DNA of 59,128 bases, counting the filler. It is 6 parts of 6 records of this genome, joined end to end, with 100 filler letters (N's around TTAATTAATTAA, not from the genome) between each part and the next. Parts side by side here need not be neighbours in the genome. Positions count along the whole stretch, not along the records: positions 48,488 to 59,128 come from DRR723986_6945; 5 more parts are not named here. One strand, given 5' to 3'. Within the stretch, counting starts at the first letter, position 1. The number at the start of each line of letters is the position of its first letter. Made by a program: the position numbers and the translations under genes. The notes under the pieces were generated by a model. The model searched no databases. It was not told the origin of the DNA and saw only the letters and a list, made by a program, of their open reading frames with translations. Positions 57,081 through 59,128 of this stretch are shown one piece after another.

Positions 57081-59000
57081 ATGAAGACATGGAGAACCAC
57101 CGCGCTTGCGGGGGTGGCCGTGACGGCGCTGTGCGCGCCCCTCGCGGCGCTGGCCTATGAGGAAGCCCCGATATTGGCGGACCGCGTGGAGGCGGGCGAG
57201 CTGCCCCCGGTCGACGAACGGCTGCCGACAGAGCCCGAAGTCGTCACCCCGATCGACAGCATCGGCACCTACGGCGGCACGATCCGGCGCTTTCTGTCGG
57301 GGTCGAACGACCACAACTCGATCCTCCGCTTCGTCGCGCCTCAGGGCCTGACGCGCTGGTCGCCCGATTTCTCCGAGGTGATCCCGAACGTCGCCGAACG
57401 CTGGGAGATCAACGAGGACAGCAGCGAATTCACCTTCCATCTGCGCGAAGGCATGAAATGGTCGGATGGCGAGCCCTTCACCGCCGACGACATCCTCTTC
57501 TTCGTCAACGACCTGCTGAACAACGAAGAGTTCTATCCCAACGCCCCCGCCCGCTTCGTCGTCGCCGGAGAGCCGATGCAGGCCGAGAAGATCGACGACC
57601 ACACCGTCGTGCTGAAGTTCGCGGCCCCCTACGGCACCTTCCTGACGGAGCTGGCGACGCCGCTGGCGCAGGAACCGGTGATCTGGGCGAAACACTACTG
57701 CCAGCAGTTCCACCCCGCCTACAACGACGACGTGCAGGCCATGGTGGACGAGACCGAGGCCGTCGAGGATTGGCCCGCGCTCTTCCGCCTGCGCTGCGGC
57801 GAGGTCGAGGCGCCCAACCGCTGGGGCAACGCCGAGCGTCCGACGCTCGACCCGTGGGTGGTGACGGGGGACGGCTACACCGCCGGGTCCACGCAGGTCA
57901 TCATGGAGCGCAACCCCTACTTCTGGCAGGTCGACACAGAGGGCAACCAACTGCCCTATGTGGACACCCTGCAATGGGGCGTCTCGGGCGACGCGCAGGC
58001 CATCCTGCTCGAGGCCATCGCCGGCAATGTCGACATGCAGGCACGGCGTCTGACCAACCTTCAGAACGTGCCGGTCCTGTTCGAGAATCAGGAAAAGGGC
58101 GGCTACAAGCTCTATGAGCGCACCAGCGCGGATGCCAACGACATGGCCATCCACTTCAACCACACCCACAAGGACCCGGTGATGCGCGAGGTGATCCGCA
58201 ACAAGAACGTGCGCATCGCCCTGTCGCTGGGGATCGACCGGGACGAGATCATCGACATCGTCTATCAGGGTCAGTCCGAGCCGTTCCAGATCGGGCCGCT
58301 GCCGCAGCATCCTCTGTATAACGAGCAGCTGGGCACGCAGTACACCGAGTACGATCCCGACCGGGCGAACGAATTGCTGGACGCCGAGGGCTTTACCGAG
58401 CGCGACGACGAGGGCTTTCGCCTGCTGCCCGACGGCCGCCGGTTCGAGTTCAACGTAAGCTATACCGGCGTCGAGGTCCCGGCCTGGGGCGACAACCTCG
58501 AGATCATCCGCGAACAGTGGGAAGAGATCGGCGTCGGCCTGACGGCGAATTCGGTGGAACGGTCGATCTACTACTCGCGCGGCGAGGCCAACGAGCATGA
58601 CTTCATGGTCTGGGGCGCGCCCGGCGGTCTCGACCCGACGCTCTCGCCCCGCGACGTGCTGGCGATCCACCCGCAGGCCTCGTGGTTCGGCATTCCCTGG
58701 GCGCGCTGGTACCTGACCGGCGGCACCGAGGGCGAAGAGCCGACCGAGAGCATGAAGGAGCGTCTGGCCCTCTACGACCAGTTCAAGGGCGAGGCCGACT
58801 CCGAGAAGGCGCAGGAGATCTTCCGCCAGATCCACCAGATCGCCGCGGACGAGTTCGAGATCATCGGCGTGGCGACGCGCCCCTCGACCTACGGCGTGGT
58901 GAACGCCAAGCTGCGCAACGTCCCCGATGCGATGCCGGGATCGTGGATGTACCCCGACCCGGGCCCGACCCTGCCGCAAACCTACTACTACGCGGAATAA
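57081..59000 (+). CDS. ABC substrate-binding protein, family 5 (oligosaccharide/oligopeptide-type)
   Basis: GELPPVDERLP..P, GTYGG, LREGMKWSDGEPFTADD and RNPYFWQVDTEGNQLPYVD motifs. Confidence 0.93.
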   Translation: MKTWRTTALAGVAVTALCAPLAALAYEEAPILADRVEAGELPPVDERLPTEPEVVTPIDSIGTYGGTIRRFLSGSNDHNSILRFVAPQGLTRWSPDFSEVIPNVAERWEINEDSSEFTFHLREGMKWSDGEPFTADDILFFVNDLLNNEEFYPNAPARFVVAGEPMQAEKIDDHTVVLKFAAPYGTFLTELATPLAQEPVIWAKHYCQQFHPAYNDDVQAMVDETEAVEDWPALFRLRCGEVEAPNRWGNAERPTLDPWVVTGDGYTAGSTQVIMERNPYFWQVDTEGNQLPYVDTLQWGVSGDAQAILLEAIAGNVDMQARRLTNLQNVPVLFENQEKGGYKLYERTSADANDMAIHFNHTHKDPVMREVIRNKNVRIALSLGIDRDEIIDIVYQGQSEPFQIGPLPQHPLYNEQLGTQYTEYDPDRANELLDAEGFTERDDEGFRLLPDGRRFEFNVSYTGVEVPAWGDNLEIIREQWEEIGVGLTANSVERSIYYSRGEANEHDFMVWGAPGGLDPTLSPRDVLAIHPQASWFGIPWARWYLTGGTEGEEPTESMKERLALYDQFKGEADSEKAQEIFRQIHQIAADEFEIIGVATRPSTYGVVNAKLRNVPDAMPGSWMYPDPGPTLPQTYYYAE

Positions 59001-59102
59001 GGGGCGCATCCCGCCCTGCCGACCCTCGCCCTGCCGGGCGGGGGACCCGGACCGCCCCTTTCCCGACCGGGGCAAAGGGCATCGGCCCGAAGCCGCGACC
59101 CC

Positions 59103-59125
59103 GTAGGCCGGGCTTCAGCCCGGCC
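59103..59125 (+). repeat. GTAG-family REP-like palindrome
   Basis: GTAG overlapping the hairpin GGCCGGGCT-TC-AGCCCGGCC at the window end. Confidence 0.65.
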
Positions 59126-59128
59126 CCC

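Noticed and set aside
1..59128. Link between alkB (contig 5), the ring-cleavage cluster (contig 1) and the Marinobacter-like contig as a hydrocarbon island
   Set aside because: They lie on separate contigs, probably from different organisms, so the adjacency is artificial.
1..59128. tRNA, rRNA, transposase, integrase, phage or defence genes
   Set aside because: None recognised in any contig.

Overview
This window is not one locus. It is six contigs joined by artificial 100-nt spacers (N44-TTAATTAATTAA-N44), so synteny across the gaps means nothing. (1) 1-19485 is high-GC and Rhodobacteraceae-like. It holds a GntR-linked aromatic ring-cleavage cluster (FAH hydrolase, extradiol dioxygenase, FMN reductase, alpha/beta hydrolase, Ldh_2 dehydrogenase, TctBAC). 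It also holds a LysR-linked Dpp/Opp ABC operon with a 2-hydroxyacid dehydrogenase, a collapsed IlvD/Edd (AraD-type) dehydratase remnant and a DapA-family enzyme, followed by a DUF475 gene. (2) 19586-26065 is Roseobacter-like core sequence: Nfu scaffold with an Irr ICE box, USP, class IV aminotransferase, M48 peptidase, YigZ, HlyIII, DCC1, a two-repeat hypothetical gene behind a LexA box, a REP doublet and partial rimO. (3) 26166-33675 is gammaproteobacterial (Marinobacter-like): GST, DUF4202, and a Fur-boxed PfeRS-like two-component system with TonB receptor and siderophore ABC genes. (4) 33776-40982 is uppS-cdsA-dxr-rseP-bamA-ompH-fabZ. (5) 41083-48387 has pit, alkB, mutY, DUF721, DsbA, CaiB, GPx, an FAD oxidoreductase and a repetitive basic protein tail. 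(6) 48488-59128 is high-GC: a sugar ABC system divergent from a soluble GAF kinase/NarL regulator, and an oxidative uronate cluster. The best leads are the non-canonical ring-cleavage cluster with its duplicated operator, the in-frame collapsed araD remnant, the LexA-boxed repeat protein and the kinase-linked tandem operator. All product and taxon calls come from recalled family motifs, not database searches.
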